A stretch of 64,000 nt of DNA from positions 1,150 to 65,149 of the forward strand of contig JAAXJF010000035.1 in NCBI GenBank assembly GCA_012269985.1, read 5' to 3'. How positions within the stretch are numbered: position 1 is the first letter of the stretch; every line of letters starts with the position of its first letter. The DNA comes from Acidimicrobiaceae bacterium. Lineage in GTDB: Bacteria > Actinomycetota > Acidimicrobiia > Acidimicrobiales > Ilumatobacteraceae. The position numbers and the translations under genes are program-made. Below, one piece after another: positions 1 to 10,773 of this stretch. The notes under the pieces were generated by a model, which saw only the letters and a list, made by a program, of their open reading frames with translations, was not told the origin of the DNA and searched no databases.

Positions 1-925
1 TCAACGACGTGGGCACCACGACCGCACCGTCGCCCTCCATCCGCTGTAACGCACGCTCACAGGTCTCAAGAATTCCGGGTTCGGTCGCGAGGTGGCCACC
101 AAGATCTCCCAACCAACCAATACGAACACCTGCAAGACTCCCTTGAAGATGCATCTGGCATGACTCAGGTGATGTCAACTCATCAAGTGTTCCAGGCAGC
201 GCCGTCGGAACCCGAGCATCCCACCCAGCTTGAGTGCCGAGCAACATCGCAACGTCGATCACTCGACGCCCCATCGGGCCATCGGTTGCGCAAAGTGTTG
301 AGTACGAGTCACCGCCGTAAAGCAAGGGCACCCGACCGAAGCTCGGCCGAAAACCGACAACGTTGCACCAGCCTGCCGGGTTGCGAAGTGACCCCATGAA
401 GTCGCTGCCATCGGCAACTGGCAGCATTCGCGTTGCGAGCGCAACTGCGGCACCACCACTGCTACCACCCGCCACCTTTGTTGAGTCATAAGGGTTGACC
501 GTTGCACCGAACACCGGGTTGAACGTGTGGGAACCGAGGCCAAACTCCGGAACGTTCGTCTTACCGATAATGATGGCACCGGCTGACCGGATGCGCTCAA
601 CATGAAGGGCGTCGACATCGGGAACAAACTCTTTCAGCAGCGGAGAACCCTTCGTCGTGAGGAGCCCTTTGGTTTCCGCAAGGTCTTTCACCGCATGCGG
701 AAAGCCGTGCATCCAGCCACGAGAGATTCCTCGATCGAGTTCGTCATCGCAGAGCGCAGACTCGGCCAACAATTCATCATGATCTCTCAACGACACGATG
801 GCGTTGAGCACATCATTTCGAGCATCGATCCGATCGAGATAGGCCGACATCACCTCACGACACGACACCGACCGGTCATGAATGGCACCAGATAGCTCTG
901 TCGCATCGAGTCCTGTGATATCCAC
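1..925 (-). CDS. Amidase (amidase-signature family), 3' end outside the window
   Basis: Not in the ORF track because it is open at the window edge. Manual minus-strand translation gives ...GKTNVPEFGLGSHTFNPVFGATVNPYDSTKVAGGSSGGAAVALATRMLPVADGSDFMGSLRNPAGWCNVVGFRPSFGRVP... with the GGSSGG amidase signature. The likely start is GTG at 925. Confidence 0.8.
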   Translation of the reverse strand, partial: MDITGLDATELSGAIHDRSVSCREVMSAYLDRIDARNDVLNAIVSLRDHDELLAESALCDDELDRGISRGWMHGFPHAVKDLAETKGLLTTKGSPLLKEFVPDVDALHVERIRSAGAIIIGKTNVPEFGLGSHTFNPVFGATVNPYDSTKVAGGSSGGAAVALATRMLPVADGSDFMGSLRNPAGWCNVVGFRPSFGRVPLLYGGDSYSTLCATDGPMGRRVIDVAMLLGTQAGWDARVPTALPGTLDELTSPESCQMHLQGSLAGVRIGWLGDLGGHLATEPGILETCERALQRMEGDGAVVVPTSL

Positions 926-966
926 GACGACAGCATGCCACGAACTGCCGTGCGCGAAACTGTCGC

Positions 967-1698
967 ATGAGCTCAGTGACGTACGCTCCATGGTCAATTG
1001 AAGCCACCAACCTTCCAGTCCATGCGCAAAACCCCATTCACACCGATGAAGGTGGTCGCGCCGCTGGATTTCCGGCGGCCCTAGTTGCCGGTGTCACCGT
1101 CTACGCCTATCTCTGCCACCTCCCTCTCGTCACTCATGGTCTGGCATGGGTTCAGCATGGCGGAGGGGAGGTTCGCTTCAAGCAACCAGTGTTTGATCTC
1201 GATTATGTTGCGGTAAGGGCGCGCATGTCAGATCACGAAACGCTCGTTGAGGCGTATACCGACTCCCCCCGACCACGAGCTGTCTTGCGACCGACATTGA
1301 ACGCCGGCGCAGCGCTCGCACTACGCCCGGGTGACGACCTCGATCAGGTCACCATCGTCGCCGATACCCCATACGGAGCCGACTACGCGGTTCCTGCAGG
1401 TGACGACCTCGATATCTGTCGTTCGGCCGGGGTTGTGCATCCCGCGGTGTGGCCAGACCTCGCGAACGACATCATGCACAAGCAACTCGCTCGCGGAAGT
1501 TGGGTACACACGAGATCGATCATTCGTCATCACCGAGCGGTCGCTGTCGGAAGCGAAATCACCATCGTGCCCCGGGTCGTCGAACGGTTCTTTGCTCACG
1601 GCGAACGAGCAATCGTCGATATGCACTTCATGCACAACGACGACATCGTCACGTCAATCGAGCATGAGGCCATCATCGACCTCTCGATAACCGACTGA
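967..1698 (+). CDS. MaoC-like (R)-hydratase / hot-dog fold protein
   Basis: 243-aa ORF with a NPIHTDEGGRAAGF hydratase-type motif. It lies next to acyl-CoA metabolism genes. Confidence 0.65.
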   Translation: MSSVTYAPWSIEATNLPVHAQNPIHTDEGGRAAGFPAALVAGVTVYAYLCHLPLVTHGLAWVQHGGGEVRFKQPVFDLDYVAVRARMSDHETLVEAYTDSPRPRAVLRPTLNAGAALALRPGDDLDQVTIVADTPYGADYAVPAGDDLDICRSAGVVHPAVWPDLANDIMHKQLARGSWVHTRSIIRHHRAVAVGSEITIVPRVVERFFAHGERAIVDMHFMHNDDIVTSIEHEAIIDLSITD

Positions 1699-1722
1699 CT
1701 CGCGCGTTGCCCCGAGCCGATC

Positions 1723-3057
1723 GTGTGCGCCGCGCTCGGGTACGTTCAGCACAAGGAGGCGATTGCAGTGAACTCACCAATTCCACATGAGATTCCCGAA
1801 GAGTTACAACAACTCCTCGGCCAACTCGATGACTTCATCGAATCAGAAGTCCGACCGCTAGAAGAGTCGAATGACAACATCCGGTTCTTTGATCATCGAA
1901 GAGAAGATGCCCGTACCGATTGGGAACGCGGCGGCCTTCCAAACGACGAGTGGGAAGACCTTCTCCACCAGACAAAGCGCATGGCTGATGCGGCCGGCTT
2001 CTACCGCTACCCCTTCCCCGCTGAATACGGCGGAAGTGACGGAACCATTTACGGTATGGCGGTCATTCGCGAGCATCTTGCGCGCCGCGGACTCGGCCTT
2101 CACAACGACCTCCAAAACGAACACTCGATTGTCGGCAACAACGTCGGGCTGTTGCTCATGATCAACTACGGCACTGAGGAGCAAAAAGCCGACTGGGTTG
2201 ATGACCTCGCCGAGGGCCGCCGAGGTTTCGCATTTGGCATCACCGAACCCGAACACGGGTCAGATGCCACCCACATGGATACCCATGCGGTGAAAGACGG
2301 CGATGAATGGATCATCAACGGTGAGAAAACGTGGAACACCGGCATTCACAAGGCTGACTGCGATCTCATTTTTGCGAGAACGAGTGGAACCGCCGGCGAC
2401 GGTGACGGCATCACCGCGTTCTTGGTGCCAACCAACTCGCCTGGCTTTGAGATTCTCGAATATCTCTGGACATTTAATATGCCCACCGACCACGCCCACA
2501 TCAGACTCACCGATGTTCGGGTACCTCACTCGGCAATATTCGGAGGCGAGGGCAAAGGCCTGCAGGTCGTGCAGCACTTCTTCAACGAAAACCGGATTCG
2601 CCAAGCAGCATCAAGTCTTGGTGCCGCCCAATTCTGCATCGATGAATCGGTGAAATATGCCCGTGAACGCAAACCGTTTGGGAAAGCCTTATCGACCAAT
2701 CAGGCGATTCAGTTTCCACTTGTCGAACTCCAAACCCAGTGTGAAATGTTGCGAGCACTCATCCACAAAACCGCGTGGCTCATGGATGAACACGGCGCAT
2801 TTAGCCAGTCCGACAAGGTTTCGATGTGTAACTACTGGGCCAACCGGTTGTGTTGCGAATCAGCCGATCGTGCCATGCAGGTACATGGTGGCATTGGCTA
2901 CAGCCGCCACAAACCGTTCGAGCACATCTATCGCCACCACCGTCGCTACCGCATCACCGAGGGCGCAGAGGAAATCCAAATGCGGCGGGTTGCCGGCTAC
3001 ATGTTTGGCTACATGAATCAGCAAGCCCCGAAGGGCGTCGCCAGCGTGAAGGGCTGA
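1723..3057 (+). CDS. Acyl-CoA dehydrogenase
   Basis: 444-aa ORF with typical ACAD motifs (GITEPEHGSDA, TWNTG, QVHGGIGY, RITEGAEEIQ). The exact start is uncertain (GTG at 1723). Confidence 0.9.
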   Translation: MCAALGYVQHKEAIAVNSPIPHEIPEELQQLLGQLDDFIESEVRPLEESNDNIRFFDHRREDARTDWERGGLPNDEWEDLLHQTKRMADAAGFYRYPFPAEYGGSDGTIYGMAVIREHLARRGLGLHNDLQNEHSIVGNNVGLLLMINYGTEEQKADWVDDLAEGRRGFAFGITEPEHGSDATHMDTHAVKDGDEWIINGEKTWNTGIHKADCDLIFARTSGTAGDGDGITAFLVPTNSPGFEILEYLWTFNMPTDHAHIRLTDVRVPHSAIFGGEGKGLQVVQHFFNENRIRQAASSLGAAQFCIDESVKYARERKPFGKALSTNQAIQFPLVELQTQCEMLRALIHKTAWLMDEHGAFSQSDKVSMCNYWANRLCCESADRAMQVHGGIGYSRHKPFEHIYRHHRRYRITEGAEEIQMRRVAGYMFGYMNQQAPKGVASVKG

Positions 3058-3058
3058 C

Positions 3059-3430
3059 ATGCATCAGCCACCCTCTGCTGCTGATCTGCTTCGAACTGTT
3101 GCGGACACGTTGGCCGACGACGTCGTGCCGGCAACGAGCGGACCCGCTCAGCATCAGGCGCGGGTTGCAGCAAATATTGCGTCGATCGTTGCCCGAGAAC
3201 TCGAGTTGGGCCCAGAGGTTCGGTCTCGTGAACACGATCTCCTACGCGAGATCGGCGGAGAAGAAATCGGCGATGAAGCAGACCTCGCTGCGGCTGTTGC
3301 TGCCGCACTTCGTAAAGGATCTGCCGATAGCGATGAAGAACACGAACGGGTGAGGACACTGCTCACCGAGATCGTTCGCGGTGACCTTTCGATATCGAAA
3401 CCGGGTTACGACGACTGGGACGGCGAATGA
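3059..3430 (+). CDS. DUF6285-like small protein
   Basis: 123-aa ORF beginning PSAADLLRTVADTLADDVVP. It starts 2 nt after the ACAD stop and overlaps the next gene by ATGA. This family typically accompanies ACAD/phosphotransferase pairs in actinobacteria. Confidence 0.55.
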   Translation: MHQPPSAADLLRTVADTLADDVVPATSGPAQHQARVAANIASIVARELELGPEVRSREHDLLREIGGEEIGDEADLAAAVAAALRKGSADSDEEHERVRTLLTEIVRGDLSISKPGYDDWDGE

Positions 3431-4431
3431 CGGGAAGTGACCGCGATCACGCTTCGACGCCTTTATCACACTGGTTGACGACCGAAACCGGATCGGACGT
3501 CACCGTCACCGATCTTGACGCCGTTTCTGCGGGCGCTCGTCGATTCAACGCGCTGTTTACGGCGAACACTGCACAATCATCAACTCGCTTCGCTCTCACG
3601 ATGATTCCGACCGCATCGATTCAGTTACTCGATATCGCTGACGAAGCCGCCGTTCGTCAGCTTGCCGAGTCTGCCGGAGTGCCTGTGCCTCACATCCATC
3701 ACGTCTGCACCGATGAGTCAGTTCTTGGAGGACCCTTCTTCATTTCGATCGCAGTCGATGGCGAAACCGTCCCTCGTCGTGTCTTGCGACTCATCGCACA
3801 ACATGACCGGCTTGGTTCTCATATCACACAACAAATCGGCACTGCCCTTGCGCAACTTCATTCTGTTCCCGAATCTCTTGCGCCGCGTTCACTCCTTCCC
3901 GACACCGGTCTCTCTCCGATCGCCCACGCCATCAGTCAGGTTGACGAAGGCCTTCAACAACTGCCCACACCATCGCCAGCGTTTTCGTTCTGCGCCCGGT
4001 GGCTTGAGCGCAATGCGCCGACAGAGCCCATCGAGCAGACCATCGTGCACAGCGACGTGCGCAACGGCAACATCGTCGTTGGCGAGGACGGCCTCCGAGC
4101 GATCCTCGACTGGGAGGGCAGCCGAATCGGTGACCGAATCGAAGATCTCTCGTGGACGACGCAACGCATGTGGCGGTTTCGTGAAGATCATTTGCCCATC
4201 GGTGGATTCGGCACCATCGCCGATCTTCGTTCAGCGTATGTCGACCACGGTGGCGAGTGGGATGACGACCGGTTTCGCTGGTGGCGAGTGCTGCTCACCG
4301 TCAGATGGGGTCTCGGCATGGCCGGCCAGTCGCGCGCACACCTCGACGGATCGTTCAAGTCGATCGTCATGTCGGCGAGTGCACGCCGGATGGCAGAACT
4401 CGAATTCGATGCCCTGCAACTTCTTCGATGA
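3427..4431 (+). CDS. Phosphotransferase (APH/choline-kinase-like) family protein
   Basis: 334-aa ORF with the catalytic-loop motif HSDVRNGNIVV and the downstream ILDWE motif. Confidence 0.8.
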   Translation: MTGSDRDHASTPLSHWLTTETGSDVTVTDLDAVSAGARRFNALFTANTAQSSTRFALTMIPTASIQLLDIADEAAVRQLAESAGVPVPHIHHVCTDESVLGGPFFISIAVDGETVPRRVLRLIAQHDRLGSHITQQIGTALAQLHSVPESLAPRSLLPDTGLSPIAHAISQVDEGLQQLPTPSPAFSFCARWLERNAPTEPIEQTIVHSDVRNGNIVVGEDGLRAILDWEGSRIGDRIEDLSWTTQRMWRFREDHLPIGGFGTIADLRSAYVDHGGEWDDDRFRWWRVLLTVRWGLGMAGQSRAHLDGSFKSIVMSASARRMAELEFDALQLLR

Positions 4432-4441
4432 TGCGGCAGCG

Positions 4442-6145
4442 TTAACCGAGACCGAGTTCGGTAATCGTGTCGTCACGCAGCTGGCGCTTCAACAATTTGC
4501 CTGAACCCGTTCGTGGTAGCGGCTCTGTCAACTTGGTGATGTAACGCGGAATCTCATACTTCGCCAGGTGGTCAACGAGATACTCACGCAATTCTGTTTC
4601 ATCAAAATCTTCAGTGACATACATCGTCGTTCCAACCTCTTCACCGAGACGATCATCAGGAACTGAATACACAGCTGCTTCGATCACCTTCGGATGCGAC
4701 GAGAGAGCTGCCTCGACACCTCCGCAACCAATGTTCTCTCCACCACGAATGATGAGGTCTTTTATTCGATCAACAATGAACAGGTGTCCGTCGGTATCGA
4801 TATACGCAACATCGCCGGTCTTAAACCAGCCATCTTCAGCGAATGAATCTGCAGTAGCCTCCGGTTTATTCCAGTACTCACGGAACATCGATGGTCCACG
4901 AACCTGCAGTTCACCGCGCTCGCCCGACGGCAATTCGTTCCCGTCATCGTCGACCACTCGTAAGTCGATCACACATAACGCAGGGCCAGAACTCAAACGA
5001 CGCTCCGAGTATTCGGCCCCAAAAATGATGGTGCCGATCGCGTTCGTCTCTGTCATTCCCCACCCAGTGTTTGGCAGAGCCTTTTCAAATGTGTCATCGA
5101 TCTGCCCAACCTGTTCGGGGGGCCGAGCCGCCCCACCGCCGCCGACGCTCAACAGCGATGAAAGGTCACGGCCCTCTGACTGAGCAACTCGAACAAGGTC
5201 ACCGCTGACCGCAGGAGGGCCCGTAAATGTGACGATGCGTTCTCGTTCAATCAACTCGGCTGCGACCGACGCATCCCACTTATACATCGCAACAAGTTTG
5301 CGTTGACCTCGGAAACTCGCCAAGAACACTGCATGGAGCCCCAGCACATGAAACAACGGAATTCCAAGCAATGAGGCGGGCACCAAACCCGAACCTTCTT
5401 CGGGAGCGACGACATTTCCTGGCCGCTCGGTTAATGCCCCATACTCAACTTCCCATGCCATCAGCGCAACAATGACGTTGTGGTGGTTCGACAGCACCCC
5501 TTTGGGATGTCCGGTTGAACCTGAGGTATACAAAATGAGTGCCGAGTCAGTGGGCGCAATATCAACCTCAGGCATTGGCACAGAACCAATTTCTGCCATG
5601 CGACCGGCAAGCTCAACATCTGCGGCCGGTGATCCTGTATGACGCACCGCAACGACCTGGAGACCTTCAATCGGCTCAGCCATCGATTCGAGCAGCGCTA
5701 AACGCTCGGCATCGGCAAAAAGAACCTTCGCTCCAGAATCGGTGAGCCCGTATGCCATCTCGTCGGCGTTCCACAGCGAGTTCATCGCAACCGCAATGGC
5801 GCCTACCGACGTGGCCGCAGTAAACGCAAGCATCCACTCGGGGTAGTTACGCATCGAGATCGCCACCCGATCGCCCTTACGCACTCCAAGGTCATGAACC
5901 AGTAAGTGGCCGATGGTTGCGGCGTCATTCCAGAACTCAGCAAATGTCCATCGCTGATCTTCAGCGACAACAAACTCGACATCACTTGCTGCATCTTCGT
6001 ACACCTGACGGAGCGATGTCGGGGCGTTCACGAAGGTTTGCACCGGCCCGCGGATGTCTTCCCGGTCGACCAATTCATACGGCTCTCCCACCGCAGTTAT
6101 TCGCGCAAACGCATCAAGACGTTGTTGTACCAACGAGTCAGACAT
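4442..6145 (-). CDS. AMP-dependent acyl-CoA synthetase/ligase
   Basis: 567-aa ORF with LYTSGSTGHPKG (A3), GWGMTET and TGDVAYIDTDGHLFIVDRIKD motifs. Confidence 0.85.
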   Translation of the reverse strand: MSDSLVQQRLDAFARITAVGEPYELVDREDIRGPVQTFVNAPTSLRQVYEDAASDVEFVVAEDQRWTFAEFWNDAATIGHLLVHDLGVRKGDRVAISMRNYPEWMLAFTAATSVGAIAVAMNSLWNADEMAYGLTDSGAKVLFADAERLALLESMAEPIEGLQVVAVRHTGSPAADVELAGRMAEIGSVPMPEVDIAPTDSALILYTSGSTGHPKGVLSNHHNVIVALMAWEVEYGALTERPGNVVAPEEGSGLVPASLLGIPLFHVLGLHAVFLASFRGQRKLVAMYKWDASVAAELIERERIVTFTGPPAVSGDLVRVAQSEGRDLSSLLSVGGGGAARPPEQVGQIDDTFEKALPNTGWGMTETNAIGTIIFGAEYSERRLSSGPALCVIDLRVVDDDGNELPSGERGELQVRGPSMFREYWNKPEATADSFAEDGWFKTGDVAYIDTDGHLFIVDRIKDLIIRGGENIGCGGVEAALSSHPKVIEAAVYSVPDDRLGEEVGTTMYVTEDFDETELREYLVDHLAKYEIPRYITKLTEPLPRTGSGKLLKRQLRDDTITELGLG

Positions 6146-6294
6146 ATTGAGCCCCTCCCTCGCTCACAACGTAGTGCAGGAGACCGATTTCTGAAGCAAT
6201 CGGATGCACTGACCCCGGTAAATGTCGCAGGTGGTGCGATCACTACCGTGATGAACGTAATTCTTGTCAACTAGCTCGTCTTTGGGAGATCACG

Positions 6295-7887
6295 ATGGGT
6301 GCAGAACCAACACTGGCATGGACGCTGCAGCGGCCTGCCGCACAGTACGCAAACAAAGTCGCAACCATTGACCGGGGCACCGGTGAACGTCGCATCTGGT
6401 CAGAGGTGGCTGACCGAGTGAATGGTCTGTCATCAGGTTTGCTCGGACTTGATCTTGAGATTGGTGACCGCGTCGGAGCGCTCATGCTCAACAGTGGCCG
6501 GCATTTTGAATTGTGGTTTGCCATTCCAGGAGCTGGCATGGTGATGAACGACCTCAACTATCGCCTCGCCGAAGAAGAACTCGCCTTTATCTGTGGTGAT
6601 TCAGACGTCAAGGTGTTGTTCGTCGATGACAACTACCTCGACGTCGGCCGAGCACTCCTTCAACGTGTCGACTCACTGCACACGCTGGTGTGGACCGGCC
6701 CCGGCGATGCCGCCCCCGAAGGTTGCATCGCGTACGAGACGCTTGTTGCGTCGCCTCTCGTCGATCTTCCTCAACAACAACACGACGGCCTCGCCGCAAT
6801 CTTTTACACCGGAGGTACAACAGGGCTTCCAAAGGGGGCGATGCTCACCCATCGCAACCTCACCGCAAATGCAATGCACGGGGTCGGAGTGATGGGGCTC
6901 ACCCATCGCGATACGTACCTCCACGCAGGTCCCCAATTTCACCTCGCCGACGGCTCAATGACCTACGCAGTGTCATGGGTTGGCGGAGCGCATGTCTTCA
7001 TTCCGGCATTCGAACCGGCTTCCACCGTCTCAGCGCTCGCCGATGAGCACTGCACGATCACGTTGCTCGTGCCGACCATGCTTGGCATGGTGCTTGCGAG
7101 TGGAGCCCTAGACGGCGCTGACCTTACGGCGCTGCGGGCATTGATGTACGGCGCATCACCGATGCCTGGAGAAGTTCAACGACGTGTCGCTGAAGGCTTC
7201 GGCTGCGAGTTGTACCAGCTGTACGGAATGACTGAGGCGTCCCCAATCGCAACCTCGATGGATGGGGAAGATCACCGTCGCGGAATGGCAGGAGAAGAAC
7301 CATACGCCAGCCGCCTCCGGTCAGCGGGTGCTCCTGTGCCCGGGGTTCGCTGTGAGGTTCGCCGCGAAGATGGGTCACTCGCCGACGTTGGCGAACCGGG
7401 CGAAATTTATATCCAAGGCCCGAACATCATGGCCGGATACTGGAACAGGCCTGAAGAAACCACTCACGCACTCGTCGATGGTTGGTATCGCTCCGGTGAC
7501 GTCGCCTGGCAAGACGCCGATGGCTACCTCTATGTCGTCGATCGAGCGAAAGACATGATCATCTCAGGAGGGGAGAACATCTACACCTCCGAAGTTGAGA
7601 ACGCCGTCTACCTTCACCAAGGCGTAGCCGAGGCCGCCGTCTTCGGTATCCCTCATGACAAGTTCGGTGAAACCGTGCACGCCGAGGTCGTGCCCAAACC
7701 TGGCGCAACCATCACTGAAGAAGAACTCATCGAGCACTGTCGCGCTCACATTGCGGGTTACAAGTTGCCTCGATCGGTGACCTTCAGAGCCGCAGATGAC
7801 CCACTGCCTAAATCTGGTGCAGGAAAAATTTTGAAACGCGATCTCCGCGAACCGCACTGGGTCGGACGAGATCGTCATGTCGGCTAA
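6295..7887 (+). CDS. Fatty-acid--CoA ligase (AMP-binding)
   Basis: 530-aa ORF with FYTGGTTGLPKG, YGMTE, SGDVAWQDADGYLYVVDRAKD and GKILKR motifs. Confidence 0.85.
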   Translation: MGAEPTLAWTLQRPAAQYANKVATIDRGTGERRIWSEVADRVNGLSSGLLGLDLEIGDRVGALMLNSGRHFELWFAIPGAGMVMNDLNYRLAEEELAFICGDSDVKVLFVDDNYLDVGRALLQRVDSLHTLVWTGPGDAAPEGCIAYETLVASPLVDLPQQQHDGLAAIFYTGGTTGLPKGAMLTHRNLTANAMHGVGVMGLTHRDTYLHAGPQFHLADGSMTYAVSWVGGAHVFIPAFEPASTVSALADEHCTITLLVPTMLGMVLASGALDGADLTALRALMYGASPMPGEVQRRVAEGFGCELYQLYGMTEASPIATSMDGEDHRRGMAGEEPYASRLRSAGAPVPGVRCEVRREDGSLADVGEPGEIYIQGPNIMAGYWNRPEETTHALVDGWYRSGDVAWQDADGYLYVVDRAKDMIISGGENIYTSEVENAVYLHQGVAEAAVFGIPHDKFGETVHAEVVPKPGATITEEELIEHCRAHIAGYKLPRSVTFRAADDPLPKSGAGKILKRDLREPHWVGRDRHVG

Positions 7888-7941
7888 CGACCTGTCGCTC
7901 TGACGGAACATACGGGCGTTAACGCCGACTACGGTTCATCT

Positions 7942-9087
7942 ATGGCAGATGTCGCTTCACTTGTGAACGGAGTCTCTGAACTCGTTCAGATACCGAGTGT
8001 GAACCCGTTGCAGTCGCATGATCCAGTTCTTGCTGGTGAACGACGCCTTGCCGAACATCTCGCCAACCGTGCAGAAGATCTCGGTGCCGATGTCGAACTC
8101 GACAATGTGGTCGACGATCGGCCGAATCTCATTGCAAAATTTGAAGGCGAACGTCCCGACACGATCGTGATTGACGTTCACCTCGACACTGTCGCGGTTG
8201 GCCATATGACCGATGACCCATTCGACGGGCGCGTCGAAAATGGACGTGTCTACGGACGAGGTTCGGTCGACACCAAGGCGACATTCGCCGTCGTGCTCGA
8301 TGTGTTGTCTCAACTCCGCAACGATGGTCGGCGACCAGGCCCCACCGTTCACCTTGTAGGAACCGTCTCAGAAGAGATGGGCGGATTGCTCGGGGCTCGC
8401 CACCTTGCGTCACGCCTCCAACATGACGGCCATCACATCGACCGCATGATCATTGCTGAGCCAACGATGTGCGCTCCAGTGCATGGCCATAAAGGTGGAG
8501 TGGGGCTCGAAATCTGCATTCACGGACACGCAGCACACTCATCGCGTCCGGAGCTTGGCGCAAACGCAATTACCGCAGCTGCCCGCATCATCGCAGCGCT
8601 CGACGGTGAGCAATCAAGACTCGACACACTCGACGCCGCAACCGCTGTTGGTCGAGGCACCGTTTCTGTCACGGAAATCGGCGGTGGTGTCGCTCGCAAC
8701 ATCATTCCCGACCTCTGCACGCTCTATGCCGGTCGACGTATCGCCCCAGGGGAAGATCCCCTCGCGGTGTACGAAGCATTGAAAGCTCTTGTCATCTCGG
8801 CTGGCGAGCCGCTGCAGGTCGATGTCGAAATGGCGAACGGCACTGCGTTTCCTGCCTTTTATACCGACCCTGACGATGACTTCGTGCAACTCGTTGCCGG
8901 ACTCTCAGAGCGAGCACCCGAGACCGTGACGTATGGCTCTAACTGCCTTGCCTACGACGAAATCACCGCGTCAAAAGTGCTCTTTGGTCCGGGTTCCATC
9001 GACCAAGCTCACCAAGCGGTTGAGTGGGTCGAGATTGACGAACTCGTTACTGCGTCGTCGGTATATCGCAAACTGCTGAGCGCCTAG
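7942..9087 (+). CDS. M20 family metallopeptidase (ArgE/DapE-like deacylase)
   Basis: 381-aa ORF with HLDTV..., GRGSVDTKA and SEEMGG motifs typical of M20 peptidases. Confidence 0.8.
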   Translation: MADVASLVNGVSELVQIPSVNPLQSHDPVLAGERRLAEHLANRAEDLGADVELDNVVDDRPNLIAKFEGERPDTIVIDVHLDTVAVGHMTDDPFDGRVENGRVYGRGSVDTKATFAVVLDVLSQLRNDGRRPGPTVHLVGTVSEEMGGLLGARHLASRLQHDGHHIDRMIIAEPTMCAPVHGHKGGVGLEICIHGHAAHSSRPELGANAITAAARIIAALDGEQSRLDTLDAATAVGRGTVSVTEIGGGVARNIIPDLCTLYAGRRIAPGEDPLAVYEALKALVISAGEPLQVDVEMANGTAFPAFYTDPDDDFVQLVAGLSERAPETVTYGSNCLAYDEITASKVLFGPGSIDQAHQAVEWVEIDELVTASSVYRKLLSA

Positions 9088-9183
9088 GAACCCTCGCCTA
9101 CCTTCGGCGATGGCGAGGCCTGGCAGCAATCTTCACATTCAGAATCACTTTGCTACGTTCGTCAACGTGGGTTTGCGGCACAT

Positions 9184-10629
9184 ATGGAGCGAGCGGTGAA
9201 GGCTGCGGTCATCGGGTCAGGAATGGCCGGCATTCTTGCCGCAATTGAACTGAAGAAGGCTGGCATCGACGTTGTCGTCTTCGAGAAAGCATCCCGCCTT
9301 GGCGGAACATGGCGAGACAACTCGTACCCAGGGCTGTCGTGTGACGTTCCTGCCCACTCGTACACGTTTTCGTTTGCACGCAATCCTGACTGGTCACAGC
9401 ACTATGCGCCCGGGCCAGAAATTCGTGAGTACTTCGAACGCGTTGCCGACGAGTTTGGAATCACCTCCTGCATTCGTTTCAACAGCGAAGTTGTCTCACT
9501 CGTGTGGGAGGACACACGATGGAAACTTGAAACGGACGATGGATTCGTTGGCGAGTTTCCCTACGTGTTCGCTGCGACCGGGGTGTTGCACCACCCGAAT
9601 GTTCCAGAGTTCGATGGCATCGAGGAGTTTGGCGGAGCCGTTTTCCACTCGGCCCGATGGGACCATTCCGTTCCGCTCGATGGCAAGAAGATTGCGGTTA
9701 TCGGCACCGGTTCAACCGCGGTACAGATCACCTCTGCGCTCGTCGACAGTGTGAGCGAGTTCGCGCTCTTTCAACGCAGTGCCCAGTGGGTGTTGCCGGC
9801 ACCAAACCCAGAGTTCTCCGATGAGGAGCGCGCCGAATTTCGAAGTGACCCTGAGGCACATGAGGAGTACGTCCGCGAGCTCGCCATCACGATGTTTCAG
9901 CGAACATCGTCTGCTGTCACCGAACTCAATTCGATTGAGCACCAAAAGATTGCCGCGCTGTGTCGACGAAATCTCAGCACGGTGGTTGACGATGATCTCA
10001 GAGAGCGTCTAACTCCCGATTACGAACCGATGTGCAAGCGTCTCATCGTGTCCCCTGATTTTTACGAAAAGATCCAGCGGCCACATGTGCAATTGGTGAC
10101 CTCAGGAATCGATCGGTTCACTCCGACTGGTATTCGAACAAAAGATGGCACGGAACACGAGTTTGATGTCATTGTGCTCTCCACTGGTTTCCGGTCAGAC
10201 CGATTTATCCGCCCCACTCGTGTCATCGGTGCTGGCCACGTCGACCTTGACGATGTGTGGTCGCCAGCGCCGCTGGCCTACCTGTCGGTCATGGTTCCGG
10301 GCTTTCCTAACCTCTTCATGTTGAACGGCCCTAACGGCCCCATCGGGAACTTCTCTCTGATTGAAATCGCTGAGCGGCAGATGTCGTATTGCATGCAACT
10401 CATCTCTGAGCTCGGCCGATCGGGTGCAGAGGCTGTCGCACCATCCGCTGAGGCGACGGAGGCATTTGAAGATGAGCGGCGTGCCGCTGCGCAGAACACT
10501 ATTTGGATGTCCGGCTGCAACAGTTGGTATCTCGACGCAACGGGCGTGCCTGCATCGTGGACGTTCAGTTACGACCGTTTTGTTGACGAAATGAATGCAC
10601 CCGACTTGTCAGCATTCGTTCTCTCCTGA
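9184..10629 (+). CDS. Flavin-dependent (Baeyer-Villiger type) monooxygenase
   Basis: 481-aa ORF with an N-terminal GSGMAGI Rossmann motif, the BVMO fingerprint FxGxxxHxxxW (FGGAVFHSARW) and a second GTGSTA motif. Confidence 0.8.
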   Translation: MERAVKAAVIGSGMAGILAAIELKKAGIDVVVFEKASRLGGTWRDNSYPGLSCDVPAHSYTFSFARNPDWSQHYAPGPEIREYFERVADEFGITSCIRFNSEVVSLVWEDTRWKLETDDGFVGEFPYVFAATGVLHHPNVPEFDGIEEFGGAVFHSARWDHSVPLDGKKIAVIGTGSTAVQITSALVDSVSEFALFQRSAQWVLPAPNPEFSDEERAEFRSDPEAHEEYVRELAITMFQRTSSAVTELNSIEHQKIAALCRRNLSTVVDDDLRERLTPDYEPMCKRLIVSPDFYEKIQRPHVQLVTSGIDRFTPTGIRTKDGTEHEFDVIVLSTGFRSDRFIRPTRVIGAGHVDLDDVWSPAPLAYLSVMVPGFPNLFMLNGPNGPIGNFSLIEIAERQMSYCMQLISELGRSGAEAVAPSAEATEAFEDERRAAAQNTIWMSGCNSWYLDATGVPASWTFSYDRFVDEMNAPDLSAFVLS

Positions 10630-10773
10630 CTGGGCGCTCCTTCGCCCGCCTTGGGTCACCAGCGCACAACTGATACCGGTCGTGCTCGGCAACACCTTCG
10701 CTTCGGGACGACCTCGGTAGGGGTCGCGCTTACGCCACCCAATCGACACGCATTCACGATCTACGATGACGTC

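Noticed and set aside
10651-10773. N-terminal extensions offered by the ORF track for several genes: LLM oxidoreductase (10651), PhyH (12522), metal receptor (13494), L9 (34290), ParB (50601), YidD (54436) and DUF192 (36311).
   Set aside because: The extensions overlap upstream genes or encode Arg/Ser-rich non-homologous sequence. Internal starts give canonical family N-termini and typical ATGA/TGATG coupling.
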